Positions 10,801 through 19,733 of a stretch of DNA of 34,864 nt are shown here, piece after piece. A model generated the notes under the pieces. The model searched no databases and had not been told where the DNA came from. It was given only the letters and a program-made list of their open reading frames with translations. A program made the translations under genes and the position numbers. Origin of the DNA: a virus (lineage: Duplodnaviria > Caudoviricetes); the IMG/VR virus record IMGVR_UViG_3300022309_000015, positions 1-34,864 of that record; one strand, written 5' to 3'. Position 1 is the first letter of the stretch, and each line of letters begins with the position of its first letter.

Positions 10801-12537
10801 ACCGGATGAGGACATATTGATTGATGCGTTCGATAGGATCGTATCAATCCTTGCCAGCGCGCTATCCCGGTAGGATGTCGTCCCTGTCATCTTGTAGGCG
10901 AGCGCATAGTGCGCCGGGCTACGGTCAATGTAATTAAGTAGCGTGGTCCAGCGCGTACCACTCGTATGCGCCTGAAGGTATGCGAGACGATTCGCCCAAC
11001 CGCCACCAATGTTGTCATTGAGCCACATGCGCGGATGGGCAACTGGTATTACCCCCTCGTACACGATTGATGCGCTTCCCGAGTCCGATATGTTGGCAAG
11101 CCCAATAGAATCGTACCCGTTCATGGGCGACGAAATCGGGTCGCCGTCATACGTGCCACTCGGAGAGTCCAGCATGTTGTCGCGGCCTATCGAATCACTC
11201 GCCGACAGCATAACAACACCAGGTGTTGGGTTTGTAGACAGGCCAAGCATCATCAGCGTATGAGGCCAGAGCGTTTTCCCTACAAGCGGATTGCTGGCAC
11301 CGAACCCGGACTGGCTGGACAGCTGGTACGAATACACCTGTTGCGCGTTTACGACTTCAGAACCGCCGCACGTCATCGCAACAACCTCTGCGGTGCTGGA
11401 TGGGTGAGCGAACCCGGAGAAGTCAACTAGTTCCCCGGTGGCAGTCATATTGGTTACATGCCCGGTGATGGCGGCGGCTGCGCCGGGGCTGTGAGATACC
11501 GCCCCATTGGCAATCACAAGCACATTCTCACCCGAGGACGAAGGTGTGAACGTGCCAGAAATGATTTCCTGCCGCGACGGATACTCTGTGGTGACACTCG
11601 GCTGCTGCAAGGATAGATACGTATGCGATCCGAATGAGGACAACTTCAGCAGTGTTATGCGGCCACGCTTGAACGATGCTAGCCCGGTGCCGGACTGCTT
11701 TCTACCAAGCAGCCTAATTTCATGTGGCACCCCACCAGATAGACTAAGTTTCTTCGACAGGAAGAAGCAGTGTGAATCTCGGCTGTCCGCAGAGTTCTTG
11801 ACCCACGGGGTAAGGATTTGGACGCCATCTACCTCAACCCACATCGTCACCAGTTCACTGATGGGCATATCCAGCGACTCGCCGGAGACGATCAGCCAGA
11901 AGTCATCCGTTGAATCCGGGGTATAGTTGGTGACGTGGATAGTGGACGCCACGGTTGTTGAGTTCGTCTGAACTGTGCTAAATGAGGACTGTGCATCATG
12001 CCAGTAATCCCCACCGGTTGCGCTCTTGGTGAGCTTGTCGTCAACGCGAATTGCAACAAGTGACACGCCCGTTACCGAGCACAGACCACCAGTAGCAAGA
12101 TTCTTGAAACTGAACTCAATGTTCTTGGTCCCGTCCGGTGAATACTCAAGCATCCCGCACAGGAGCGTTCCGTTCATCGCGTATGGCGTGCCCGTACCCG
12201 TACACTCCACCTCAACGCCCGCAAGGTCGGATGCGCCCGATGGTCTCGTGGCCACCGGAACATCAACAAGATAGCAGGTGGACGGAACAGAATTGCTCTG
12301 GTTGCCAACGCTCGCCTGATAGTAGATAAGCCACGTTGACCCGGCCACAAGGTCATCCGCAGAGAGATACGGAAGCCCAATATCGGGAGAACGCACGGGA
12401 CTCGTGCTTGATGTCTCGTACACCTGGTTGTACGAACTCGACACGACAGTCAGCGCATCTTCGCTCACAGCGACCGGAGAGTCCGTTCCTGTTACCGTAA
12501 GGCTCAGATTGGATATGTATTCACTGAATGTTGCCAT
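7891..12537 (-). CDS. Large tail spike/fibre protein with heparinase II/III-like polysaccharide lyase region (1548 aa)
   Basis: In structural operon; S/T-rich beta N-terminus; central HPRMWL, ALTYDWLHD, GGWIEGSEYG, GHQHNDQGH and TKFHNTYL motifs resemble the heparinase II/III superfamily. Confidence 0.65.
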   Translation of the reverse strand: MATFSEYISNLSLTVTGTDSPVAVSEDALTVVSSSYNQVYETSSTSPVRSPDIGLPYLSADDLVAGSTWLIYYQASVGNQSNSVPSTCYLVDVPVATRPSGASDLAGVEVECTGTGTPYAMNGTLLCGMLEYSPDGTKNIEFSFKNLATGGLCSVTGVSLVAIRVDDKLTKSATGGDYWHDAQSSFSTVQTNSTTVASTIHVTNYTPDSTDDFWLIVSGESLDMPISELVTMWVEVDGVQILTPWVKNSADSRDSHCFFLSKKLSLSGGVPHEIRLLGRKQSGTGLASFKRGRITLLKLSSFGSHTYLSLQQPSVTTEYPSRQEIISGTFTPSSSGENVLVIANGAVSHSPGAAAAITGHVTNMTATGELVDFSGFAHPSSTAEVVAMTCGGSEVVNAQQVYSYQLSSQSGFGASNPLVGKTLWPHTLMMLGLSTNPTPGVVMLSASDSIGRDNMLDSPSGTYDGDPISSPMNGYDSIGLANISDSGSASIVYEGVIPVAHPRMWLNDNIGGGWANRLAYLQAHTSGTRWTTLLNYIDRSPAHYALAYKMTGTTSYRDSALARIDTILSNASINMSSSGVTYRETMRTFALTYDWLHDELGSVRKQKMQDYMLGAVFAFMNDKHPDAAAVTHTGGDPSPNGWDKGNNFYVAYTMMCAYAAIALYHEQPLDWGWPPGSSTRRQFILPRHHTQGGPLFTDLYEYTIDRIDQATDPSNPVWTRQGFGSFIGGGWIEGSEYGRGVGRAMMETLLMLRNAAGQPYFDNFGFASDIVQYMYYETQPGSTAQICLGEATINEYITVHTYNRLEMLFCVGGLLGTQVGKWGQYWLDNIFTDETSANAHDFTDREMLMYCEDFAEENAYLSLGLGWFSIGNGFLNSRNVWSSTGTSATISAVHFAQGHQHNDQGHIQIFKGGPGGRLGGWLLGEPQGLATGGISGDPWHTKFHNTYLWVPSNYPGGWMQATGIQLRREPGFENAVNAEITRHKIDSDYVYGSVDMNNSYWSLLSPADQESSIGDPITDVAQREFFHHHATNFVVSYDRMRVISPFTTDGGEFHAHWHYAADPVANGTDTVEIRTSSGVMFRKYVIHDGVSPTYSDLNSPPGFTVQCFREVITLPLATSLESVFKKYGRLCTTFEVGETTQSAPTTTRAIKYQSALGFDQTSMEGVSIQATPFVHVVFSAEEDGSTPNHALAPVGISYYVVKGGSSDKHYVHNLVPNQYYHVTETDLNGTYFRYDFTPTTSSTLRANDAGVLEFAALDIGSQVDFLVIGSESINTGNISETPARTVSWLSDGSDDELAVTDTGVMVYDGVQVTPTIIVDSYEYITNDKISDAGYRIGDFLKSDILTMTDGGSLSYTPPFVPPPAYTEKKIFRGNVAFYPNGDRGLAYFTVEPSDSNYSDVLADEDDNTFIKTWPTIAGIITISHAIVSVELDDPAGFNGTIRTIKFKARIRSSDIGGVGNPGLLIQLNKDSASGELVAISYIEVPSVTTAQVVEIESTPIPVSITTDNMARCVLTARPAASVYSETYSMEISSMWVETTGSGSEKVIK

Positions 12538-12543
12538 TACTTA

Positions 12544-13008
12544 TCACACATCTTGATCGAACGGATCAGGATACTTGCTGCCGCCGCCACTTGCGGAACC
12601 ATTCACAGACCGTATCTCAATCTCTTTAACACCGTTGTTCCACACGGAAGCCGGAATTGAGAACCCTGTGAACGGAATGTACGAGTTGAGCCACGCTCCG
12701 GATGTATCAGACGATGCCGAGTATTCCGCTATCTTCGCGCCGTTCAAGAACAGTCGCACGTTTATAGCCGGTATCTGTGGTGAAGCAGACCCCTTGATGC
12801 GAATGTTTGCCGTGATGTCAGTGATGATGTTGAAGCCTGGCGTAACCGAACCAAATGTGAATCGGTCTACTTTCCCATCAGACGCAGCAACAATGTAGTC
12901 CCCATCATCCGCAACCAAATCATCTATTAGAGTGTAGTGGTCTACGGCTGACGATGGAGTCCACGATACAGAAACATCCGATAGCGGATACAGGTTCATG
13001 GAAGGCAC
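12544..13008 (-). CDS. Putative virion structural protein (154 aa)
   Basis: GGAGG upstream; beta-rich; resembles the C-terminal domain of the 1548-aa protein. Confidence 0.65.
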   Translation of the reverse strand: MPSMNLYPLSDVSVSWTPSSAVDHYTLIDDLVADDGDYIVAASDGKVDRFTFGSVTPGFNIITDITANIRIKGSASPQIPAINVRLFLNGAKIAEYSASSDTSGAWLNSYIPFTGFSIPASVWNNGVKEIEIRSVNGSASGGGSKYPDPFDQDV

Positions 13009-13019
13009 TGTACCCTCCG

Positions 13020-13613
13020 TTACGGAATGACCTGAATGACCATCTGCGCCGTGAGCGTTCCATTTGTCGCAATAGACGTGGACGAAACCAGCACACGGTT
13101 AAAGTATTTGCTGGACGAGTTCCGAAGCGCCATTTCCGTAACCGAATACGGGCCGCTAATCAGAGTCAACAGCCCGAAGCTGCGCGTAATCGTAACGATG
13201 TCATTCGGAAACTTTGCAGCCGGAGAACTCGTACAGGTCACATCATCCGGGGCCGCAAACGAAAGCCCGGCGTCGGAGATTTCGTTGCCAAGTTCGATGG
13301 TCGTGTCCGTCCACGCAGTCGCATCCGTGCCAAGTGTGATTACATTCGGGATGTTCGGTAGCGCGTAGGAGCCAGTGTCATACGTGCTGGAGTCAAACAG
13401 GCGTCCAAGCAAAAGCTCCGGGCCATACTTGACCAGACGGTTGCTTGAGAACGGAGTCCATACATCGTTGTAGCACAGCCTGCCCTTGCCGGTTGTGTGG
13501 GCAATCTCCAGGCTGGAGAGCAGATTGCTCGCCAGTTCGTGGTCATCGTCGGTGACGCCCGTGTCTCCATAGATTTCGCGCAGCACCTTCTTATATCTCG
13601 GGTCAATCTTCAT
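13020..13613 (-). CDS. Putative virion structural protein (197 aa)
   Basis: NRLVKYG...LGTDATA....ELGNEI...VTEMAL....FNRV pattern resembles tail-collar/fibre-anchor domains; in structural operon. Confidence 0.6.
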   Translation of the reverse strand: MKIDPRYKKVLREIYGDTGVTDDDHELASNLLSSLEIAHTTGKGRLCYNDVWTPFSSNRLVKYGPELLLGRLFDSSTYDTGSYALPNIPNVITLGTDATAWTDTTIELGNEISDAGLSFAAPDDVTCTSSPAAKFPNDIVTITRSFGLLTLISGPYSVTEMALRNSSSKYFNRVLVSSTSIATNGTLTAQMVIQVIP

Positions 13614-13638
13614 CTCTGATCCTTCCTAGTTTACACAG

Positions 13639-15111
13639 TTACGGAATAAGCAGGTTCAATGCCTGCTGCGTTGAGAACTTGTTTGGGTTTCCACTTGTAT
13701 TGCCTACAAGAATGTTGGCCGCGTTGGTGGTGCTGTATTTAAGGAACGGCTCATCTGCTACACCACACAGAATGTTTAGAACCTGCTGCGTTGAATACTT
13801 AAATGGCGACGGTCCATCACCTGATACGGCATTATCAGATTCATCAATCGCCGTCGGGAACAATGCCTCAAACTCAGCCTGCGTCTTATCATTCGCGTTC
13901 ACCGAAGCGTAATAGGAACCAGGCGAGTACACGGTGTTTGGCCCGAACGAGTGGTCAACTGCAAATGCGGGCCAGTATGTACTGTCCATGATTTGATAGA
14001 TGTAATCGCACCCGTAGAAGATGTTGTTCTTTACGGTGCATCGCTCGGGATCGGTAACGAAAGCAGAGTCGCCATTGATCCTGATTCCATACGTGCAGTT
14101 CGCAATCACATTGCGAAGGATGCGGTGCCTCTGCCCGTGTGCAATCACCACACCAGCCGTACCACCATCAATGAATCCGTCAGACACCAGTATGTTCTTC
14201 GTATCCTCTGCCAGAGGTACTGCGTATGTAGCGGCATTGGTTACGCGGAAGTTGACCAACTCGCAGTCCTCTGCTCCGTTCTCAAACTCAATTCCATACG
14301 CACCGGTATCATTCACTCTGATTCCATGCAGCCTGATTCTTTTCGCTGGATACAGCGTCGAAGTATGCCCAACATGGATACCGGGAACCGCCGTGGTGTT
14401 TCCATCCACCCACACATTTGAAACGTCAATGTCATACGTTCCATTCGCGCTGTTTGCCTGAATATGTAGTCCGTAACTAGTAGTGTCCTTTGTCCACAGA
14501 CCATCAATCCTAACGTCCCTGCAATCACGGGTGTAAACCGCGTTTACCATAGTTTCCGATGTATGTAGCCGGGCATCCACATTCTTGATAAGCATATCAA
14601 GATTGCTTGTCGTCCCGACGATCCAGAACACATAGTCACCGGCATAAGTTGCTGTGGTCGTGATGTTCTCAAATGTGATGGTCGTTCCGGCATGAGCCGA
14701 AAGGAAGAACGCGGTTGCGCTTTGACCGGAAAGCACGATGTCCCGGAACACAAACTTCGTCAACGGGCAGTCGGCATTGTCACGAAGGATTGTGTTCGAT
14801 CCAGTCTGATTGAGGAATGTCATATCCTCGATAATAACGCCTGTCGCATCCCCTCCACGGATAGCCTCGAACGGACATCCAGAAAGATTGAGCGTGGCTC
14901 CACCAGGATTCTTAGAGCGAATGGTAAGCCCCGGAGTCGATCCAGATGGCGCGAACAGCGTGCCAGTTACAGCGGACCTGAAATCCATCGCAGAAGTGTT
15001 GAACGTATAAGTTCCATCGTTCAGTTCGATTATATCCCCACTGGTATTGTTTGCTCCGTTGATTGCCGTCTGAATGGTGTTCAGGCCGGGGCTTACTGTG
15101 TATGTAGCCAC
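13639..15111 (-). CDS. Right-handed parallel beta-helix (pectate lyase-like) virion protein
   Basis: TIQTAINGAN..GDIIELNDGTY N-terminal cap and N/D/G/I-rich coil repeats. Start probably GTG at 15111, which has GGAGG upstream, rather than ATG at 15126. Confidence 0.75.
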   Translation of the reverse strand: MATYTVSPGLNTIQTAINGANNTSGDIIELNDGTYTFNTSAMDFRSAVTGTLFAPSGSTPGLTIRSKNPGGATLNLSGCPFEAIRGGDATGVIIEDMTFLNQTGSNTILRDNADCPLTKFVFRDIVLSGQSATAFFLSAHAGTTITFENITTTATYAGDYVFWIVGTTSNLDMLIKNVDARLHTSETMVNAVYTRDCRDVRIDGLWTKDTTSYGLHIQANSANGTYDIDVSNVWVDGNTTAVPGIHVGHTSTLYPAKRIRLHGIRVNDTGAYGIEFENGAEDCELVNFRVTNAATYAVPLAEDTKNILVSDGFIDGGTAGVVIAHGQRHRILRNVIANCTYGIRINGDSAFVTDPERCTVKNNIFYGCDYIYQIMDSTYWPAFAVDHSFGPNTVYSPGSYYASVNANDKTQAEFEALFPTAIDESDNAVSGDGPSPFKYSTQQVLNILCGVADEPFLKYSTTNAANILVGNTSGNPNKFSTQQALNLLIP

Positions 15112-15129
15112 TATTTCTTCCTCCATGTA

Positions 15130-15155
15130 GGGGCGGGAGCCGAAGCCCCCGCCCC
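15130..15155 (-). terminator. GC-rich hairpin with cUUCGg loop after the capsid/decoration genes (terminator or stability element)
   Basis: Minus strand GGGGCGGGGGC-TTCG-GCTCCCGCCCC; no clear U tract. Confidence 0.55.
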
Positions 15156-15166
15156 ATCCCGTTCAG

Positions 15167-15661
15167 TTACACCAGCGCCCCACTAGAGGGAAGCCATCCG
15201 AGAATGATGTTGTTCGAGTTGGTTGTTGCGTCATCGTCGTTGACAGCAACTCCAATACACACATCACCCGTAACAGCAGCCTGGCAGACTCCGGTGTTAG
15301 CCGGACCCACCTTTGCGCCGTCATTCCAGCCAGTTCCATCCGGGTCAACGTAGAAGATGGGACCTAGACAGCCCCAAAAATACGTTCCAGACGAAATCGA
15401 TCCGCCCGTGTTGTTCACGGCAACGATGATGACTGAATCAGCCGTGGCCGCAAGCACCGTTACCTCGCTGGATGAAGTGCCATCCTTTACAACAAGGATA
15501 GCGTCAGCGATAGTGCCGGATGCCTTCAGAAGCATGTAGCTACGAACGCCCCATGTTTCATCCGAGAACTGACGAACCATCCCGGTTCTAGCGTTTGCGC
15601 CAAAATCGGTCAGGGTCGTAGAAGTGAACTTAGGTCCACGAACTTCTATGGTGAGACTCAT
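15167..15661 (-). CDS. Putative capsid decoration/cement protein (164 aa)
   Basis: Directly after the major capsid gene; strong SD GGGAGGTG; small, G/T/A/V-rich, beta-type. Confidence 0.6.
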   Translation of the reverse strand: MSLTIEVRGPKFTSTTLTDFGANARTGMVRQFSDETWGVRSYMLLKASGTIADAILVVKDGTSSSEVTVLAATADSVIIVAVNNTGGSISSGTYFWGCLGPIFYVDPDGTGWNDGAKVGPANTGVCQAAVTGDVCIGVAVNDDDATTNSNNIILGWLPSSGALV

Positions 15662-15676
15662 GTTAGTTCACCTCCC

Positions 15677-16684
15677 CTAGGTCGTGATAGAAGCGATGTC
15701 GAAGTCGTGAATCACGACATGACGGCTCGGGTCCCACGTAACAACGTTACCGGCCCAGAACAATTTATTGACGAGCGCAGCCTGGTCAATCGGCTCTTTC
15801 CACCCATCGACTCGGAAGTTTTCCTTTTCGTGGGTGATGAGGTCGAAGTAATCCAGGTTGAGCGCGTAGATGCGGTTGGTCGCTGGGACAGACGTGCTGT
15901 ACGCGATATGGTTATCCGCGACAAACGGAATACCATCCACATGCGCCATCTTGAAACCGGCGAGCAACTGTGCATACGGACCCTTTGCCCCGTCAGCGAT
16001 GTACCGCTGATTGGACTGCTGAGACTGCATGAACGTGTCGATGGTCGTGGAATAGGCCATCAGGAAGTTGGGAACCTTGTCCGCATCATGTGCCAGCGCG
16101 AGGCCGGACTTGATGTTGGAGTAGGTGGGACCGTGGTCGCCGCCCGTACCATCAAGGTCTTTGCAATTTCCAGCCCACCACGAATACGTGGACTTGCTGA
16201 TGCCACCATACGTGACACCGGCACCGAGCGAATCGGAAGCATCGTTTAGCGCGTGATCCAGTTCATTGATGACAAGAGACGAGTCCGTCCCGCCACCAGT
16301 GAAGAAATCATTCGCCAAATCCTGCTCGCCGCCGTACTTCATAACCATGACCTTCGCTTCCATGATGTCATGGACCTGCGAAGGACCGGCGTTCTCAAGC
16401 TGGTCCTGCCGGGTAATCATCGTAGGCCACATGTAGTAGCGATACGTCCACTCGGCAGCCGTGAAGTTTTCCTCGCCAGACAGGTCGAATACCTGCCCGC
16501 GACCGTAAGCCCCGCCCTTCGTGTACTGATAGGCGATAGACTTACGGATACTCGTTCCACCCTGGAGTTTGCTTCCCTTAGACAGCAACGCCTTCAGGAC
16601 CGGGACTTCCGATCCGAAGTTCGTTGTAATCCGGGGAAGATAAAGCTCCTGAGTAAGAGCGTTAAGTTCCGCGATTGAAGGCAT
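15677..16684 (-). CDS. Major capsid protein (335 aa)
   Basis: Follows scaffold; size and motifs (GGTSI, TYGGISKS.YSWW, DGIPFVAD, IYALNLDY, W.GNV...PSRH) typical of HK97-fold podovirus capsids; AGGAG SD. Confidence 0.85.
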   Translation of the reverse strand: MPSIAELNALTQELYLPRITTNFGSEVPVLKALLSKGSKLQGGTSIRKSIAYQYTKGGAYGRGQVFDLSGEENFTAAEWTYRYYMWPTMITRQDQLENAGPSQVHDIMEAKVMVMKYGGEQDLANDFFTGGGTDSSLVINELDHALNDASDSLGAGVTYGGISKSTYSWWAGNCKDLDGTGGDHGPTYSNIKSGLALAHDADKVPNFLMAYSTTIDTFMQSQQSNQRYIADGAKGPYAQLLAGFKMAHVDGIPFVADNHIAYSTSVPATNRIYALNLDYFDLITHEKENFRVDGWKEPIDQAALVNKLFWAGNVVTWDPSRHVVIHDFDIASITT

Positions 16685-16730
16685 GGTGATTGTCTCCTAG
16701 TGGAGAACCGTCACCAGAACCGATGAGCGA

Positions 16731-17519
16731 CTAGGACAGACCCTTTGCAATCCGCTGCGTTGCGTATGCCGCAAACTCTGATGCAGTCATCTTGCTTACG
16801 TCCTGTGCGGGCGAAGTCGCGGCAGCTTGGCCGCGCTGCGGAGCCGCCGGAACGTAAGAGTTGTTGTTCATCTTGATTGCAGCAACCGCATCCTCTGCGG
16901 CCTTGCGGCGTTCGTGTTCCAGAAGAATGTCCCCGTACTTCGCCATATAGACGCCCTTCGGGGTAACGCCTCCTCTGGACTCAAGAACCGCTGCGGTTAT
17001 CTCATCCCGCATCGCTTCGTCAACCGGCCACCCTCTTGCTTCGAGGGCGCTGATTTCACTCTCGGTTCGAGTTACCAGGTTCTCCATCTCAATTCTGTTT
17101 AGCCGCTCAGCCAGATCGAGGTTCTGGAAGTTGGCCTGCGAGGAGACGCCGGGGTTGGCCTGCTCGTATTTCTCAACGACGCTTGCCATCTCCATGCGCA
17201 TTTCCTCGTTCTGGTCAATCATCTTCCAGAACGCATCCTTTGGCTCATTGGCTTTCTTGTATTCGGCCAGTTCCCTTCCAAGTTTGCTGTTGGTCTTGTG
17301 GAGTTTATCTACCCACTTGTCCAACGTCTTGAGAGAGATGTCCGGGCCGAACTTGCTTTTTAATGTTGCCTCAAGTGCGGACGCATCGAACGGGCTTTCT
17401 TCCTCACGCGGCGCAATTGCCGGAGTCTCCGGGGCTGACGCTGCTTGCGCGGCGGGCTCGGGAGCCGGGGCTTCCACGTTGAGGGAAGTCGGAACGGCGG
17501 TACCGTTAGGCTCTGACAT
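16731..17519 (-). CDS. Capsid scaffolding protein (262 aa)
   Basis: P/A/E-rich N-terminus, coiled coil, C-terminal DVSKMTASEF helix; immediately upstream of capsid gene. Confidence 0.7.
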   Translation of the reverse strand: MSEPNGTAVPTSLNVEAPAPEPAAQAASAPETPAIAPREEESPFDASALEATLKSKFGPDISLKTLDKWVDKLHKTNSKLGRELAEYKKANEPKDAFWKMIDQNEEMRMEMASVVEKYEQANPGVSSQANFQNLDLAERLNRIEMENLVTRTESEISALEARGWPVDEAMRDEITAAVLESRGGVTPKGVYMAKYGDILLEHERRKAAEDAVAAIKMNNNSYVPAAPQRGQAAATSPAQDVSKMTASEFAAYATQRIAKGLS

Positions 17520-17541
17520 GAAGGATCACTCCTTGTTATGC

Positions 17542-17919
17542 CTACCCTAAGGGGGCGCGACCGGACGGGGCCGACTGCGCTGCTGCCGGGGCGATCCCCG
17601 GAAAGCCAGTCGGTCGCTGCTCCATCGCGCCGGGCTCAGTGGCGGGCGGTTGCTGAGATGACTGTCCTCCAAGTTCCTGCAACGCAAGAAGGAACGCACG
17701 GAGAGATTCCATCGCTCCGGGTTCCTGTGCGGTGATTCCCTTGAAGGCTTCGGCCAGATGCTCTCCGACCGATCCGGCTGCGGGTGGTGTCATCCCTTGA
17801 CCACCCGCAATACCCTGTGCTCCCCCTTGCGCGAGGCCACCGGGCCTGTTGCGGTTGAACAATGTCGTTACCTGTTTGGACTGCGGATTGTTACCGCCGC
17901 CACCGCTTGGAGGGAACAT
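17542..17919 (-). CDS. Hypothetical low-complexity protein (125 aa)
   Basis: AGGAG SD; G/Q/P/A-rich; between portal and scaffold. Confidence 0.65.
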   Translation of the reverse strand: MFPPSGGGGNNPQSKQVTTLFNRNRPGGLAQGGAQGIAGGQGMTPPAAGSVGEHLAEAFKGITAQEPGAMESLRAFLLALQELGGQSSQQPPATEPGAMEQRPTGFPGIAPAAAQSAPSGRAPLG

Positions 17920-17927
17920 GGTGTCTC

Positions 17928-19733
17928 CTACTGAACCGATCCTGGCGGGACCGGCTCGGGTTGATTCTTCATCGCTTCGGCCTGCAAGTCGGCTTCCTGT
18001 TGAGCCTGCTGTGCAGCCTGCGCCTGTTTCATATCTTGCTCTCGCGCCGCCTTCATCTCATCGAGGAGCGCGTCTTTATTCGGAAGGTCGGTCTGCGAGA
18101 GCGTGTACTGGTACATGACCGCGTGCGGGCCACTCCCCACCGGGCCTGCGCGGTCGAGCATCTGGAGAAGGAACTGTTCCTGAGCGCGCCGACTCGCGGG
18201 AAGGTTCAATCCTGCGCGAATCGTGTACTCGAACATCTCCGGGTGAACACCCACAAGGTCCATTTCCTGCGGGTAGTGAACCCCTCGCTCGTAGAACATC
18301 CCGTGCATCCGGGTGTTCTTCTGCGCGAAGTCGCGCATACAAGCTTCCTGCGAGTAGGTCAGCAGTTTCAGCCTGCCGCGAACGAGTTCAGAAAGCGCAT
18401 CGACCGCGTACCCACTCCGCCAGTCACCGGACGATAGTTGAGGTAGAATGTCGGGGGAGCCCGATACGCGGTCGAAGTCTGCGAGAATCTGGTTGATGGA
18501 TGCGAACGCTTCTCCGGGGACTCGCGGGCCGGGAGTTGTCTTGATACCGTCGATGCTTGCGACGAATCTAACCTCTCCGGGGCGGTTCGTGATCTGGCGC
18601 GCACTCTTTACCCCGGTTCGGGCGTCCATCCACGTCTGGTCGCCCATCACCGCGAAGTTCATCGAATCGTTAAGCTGGTTGTTACGCAGATCGTACAGGT
18701 CTTGAATGGGGATGAGTTGATCCATGCCACCCATCGGCCATTCCAGATCGTCGCTCATGTAGATCATCTCGGAGTACGGGAAGTCGGGGAACGGATTCTC
18801 GCGGTCCTCGAACTTCACATCTCCGGCCCACCGGATGTATCGCCCGGTCGGGTACTTGGCGTAAGACCGCTTGCGCTTCTGCGGCTTCACGCCCGAATCG
18901 GAGGGCTCAATGATCCACCCGAACCGTTCGATGGTTTCCGGGTCGCGCATCCAGGCTTCGTACAAGACAATCTTCTGTGTGCTGGTGGCTCCGCCCATCC
19001 GTGCATCGTGGTAGATCGTGAGCCCTGTTCCGTCAATGTGGGTGCCGGTATCAGACTCAATCAGGTTCAGCAGTTGCTCGAACTCCGCCGATTTCGTGCG
19101 GTCGGCAAAGAGTGTGTGAATCTGGTTCTTCTTCTCGGGGTACATCATCAAGAGGTCCAGCTTGGATACAGCGGTCATCTCAATGATGTAGTGCGAATCG
19201 CGCATCCGAACCTTGCCCGGCTGCTTCAGCAGGTTCTTCGCACTTATGGCGTCGTGGCGGATACCGCCGATGCCGCGCCCAATGCGCGCATCCCATGTGG
19301 TCTTGAGTGCGCCCATCCCGTAGTGAACGACCGAGAACAGCAGTTCCTCGGTGCGTTCCACGAACTCGTTACGCCGCATGTCGCGGGTCGTAATCTTCGC
19401 ATCTTCTTTGGCGAGTTGTTCGTGCATCGGGTCAACGCCGGATGCGTCAACCTGGGGGATGTCCCGCATGAGGACTGCGAGGACGGAACCGTAGAACGGG
19501 GCGAGAAGGTTGGTGCGAGCGTCGGAGCGCCAATCGTCGCTATCGGGTTCCGACCCCTCGAAGCGGCTCTGGAGGCCACGGGCGTACTTATCGACCGTTT
19601 TCCATCGGTCCCCGACCTGCGTATCCTTGTGGCGGATCGCTTCGTGGGTGATGGCGTTCAGAAGTTCGAGTTGCTTCTTCTCCGCACGGGAGTCTGCCTT
19701 GGGAGCGCCTTCGTCGATTTCTAGTTCTGCCAT
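17928..19733 (-). CDS. Portal protein (P22-like, 601 aa)
   Basis: Size, position after terminase, HYGMGALKTTWD and LIPIQDLYD.RNNQL.D motifs, Q-rich C-terminal helix. Confidence 0.85.
   Translation of the reverse strand: MAELEIDEGAPKADSRAEKKQLELLNAITHEAIRHKDTQVGDRWKTVDKYARGLQSRFEGSEPDSDDWRSDARTNLLAPFYGSVLAVLMRDIPQVDASGVDPMHEQLAKEDAKITTRDMRRNEFVERTEELLFSVVHYGMGALKTTWDARIGRGIGGIRHDAISAKNLLKQPGKVRMRDSHYIIEMTAVSKLDLLMMYPEKKNQIHTLFADRTKSAEFEQLLNLIESDTGTHIDGTGLTIYHDARMGGATSTQKIVLYEAWMRDPETIERFGWIIEPSDSGVKPQKRKRSYAKYPTGRYIRWAGDVKFEDRENPFPDFPYSEMIYMSDDLEWPMGGMDQLIPIQDLYDLRNNQLNDSMNFAVMGDQTWMDARTGVKSARQITNRPGEVRFVASIDGIKTTPGPRVPGEAFASINQILADFDRVSGSPDILPQLSSGDWRSGYAVDALSELVRGRLKLLTYSQEACMRDFAQKNTRMHGMFYERGVHYPQEMDLVGVHPEMFEYTIRAGLNLPASRRAQEQFLLQMLDRAGPVGSGPHAVMYQYTLSQTDLPNKDALLDEMKAAREQDMKQAQAAQQAQQEADLQAEAMKNQPEPVPPGSVQ

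Noticed and set aside
18702-19724. 340-aa plus-strand ORF (likewise 7888-8985, 456-1034, 1608-2231, 2262-2879)
   Set aside because: Antisense to portal or other clear virion genes; expected from GC3-rich coding
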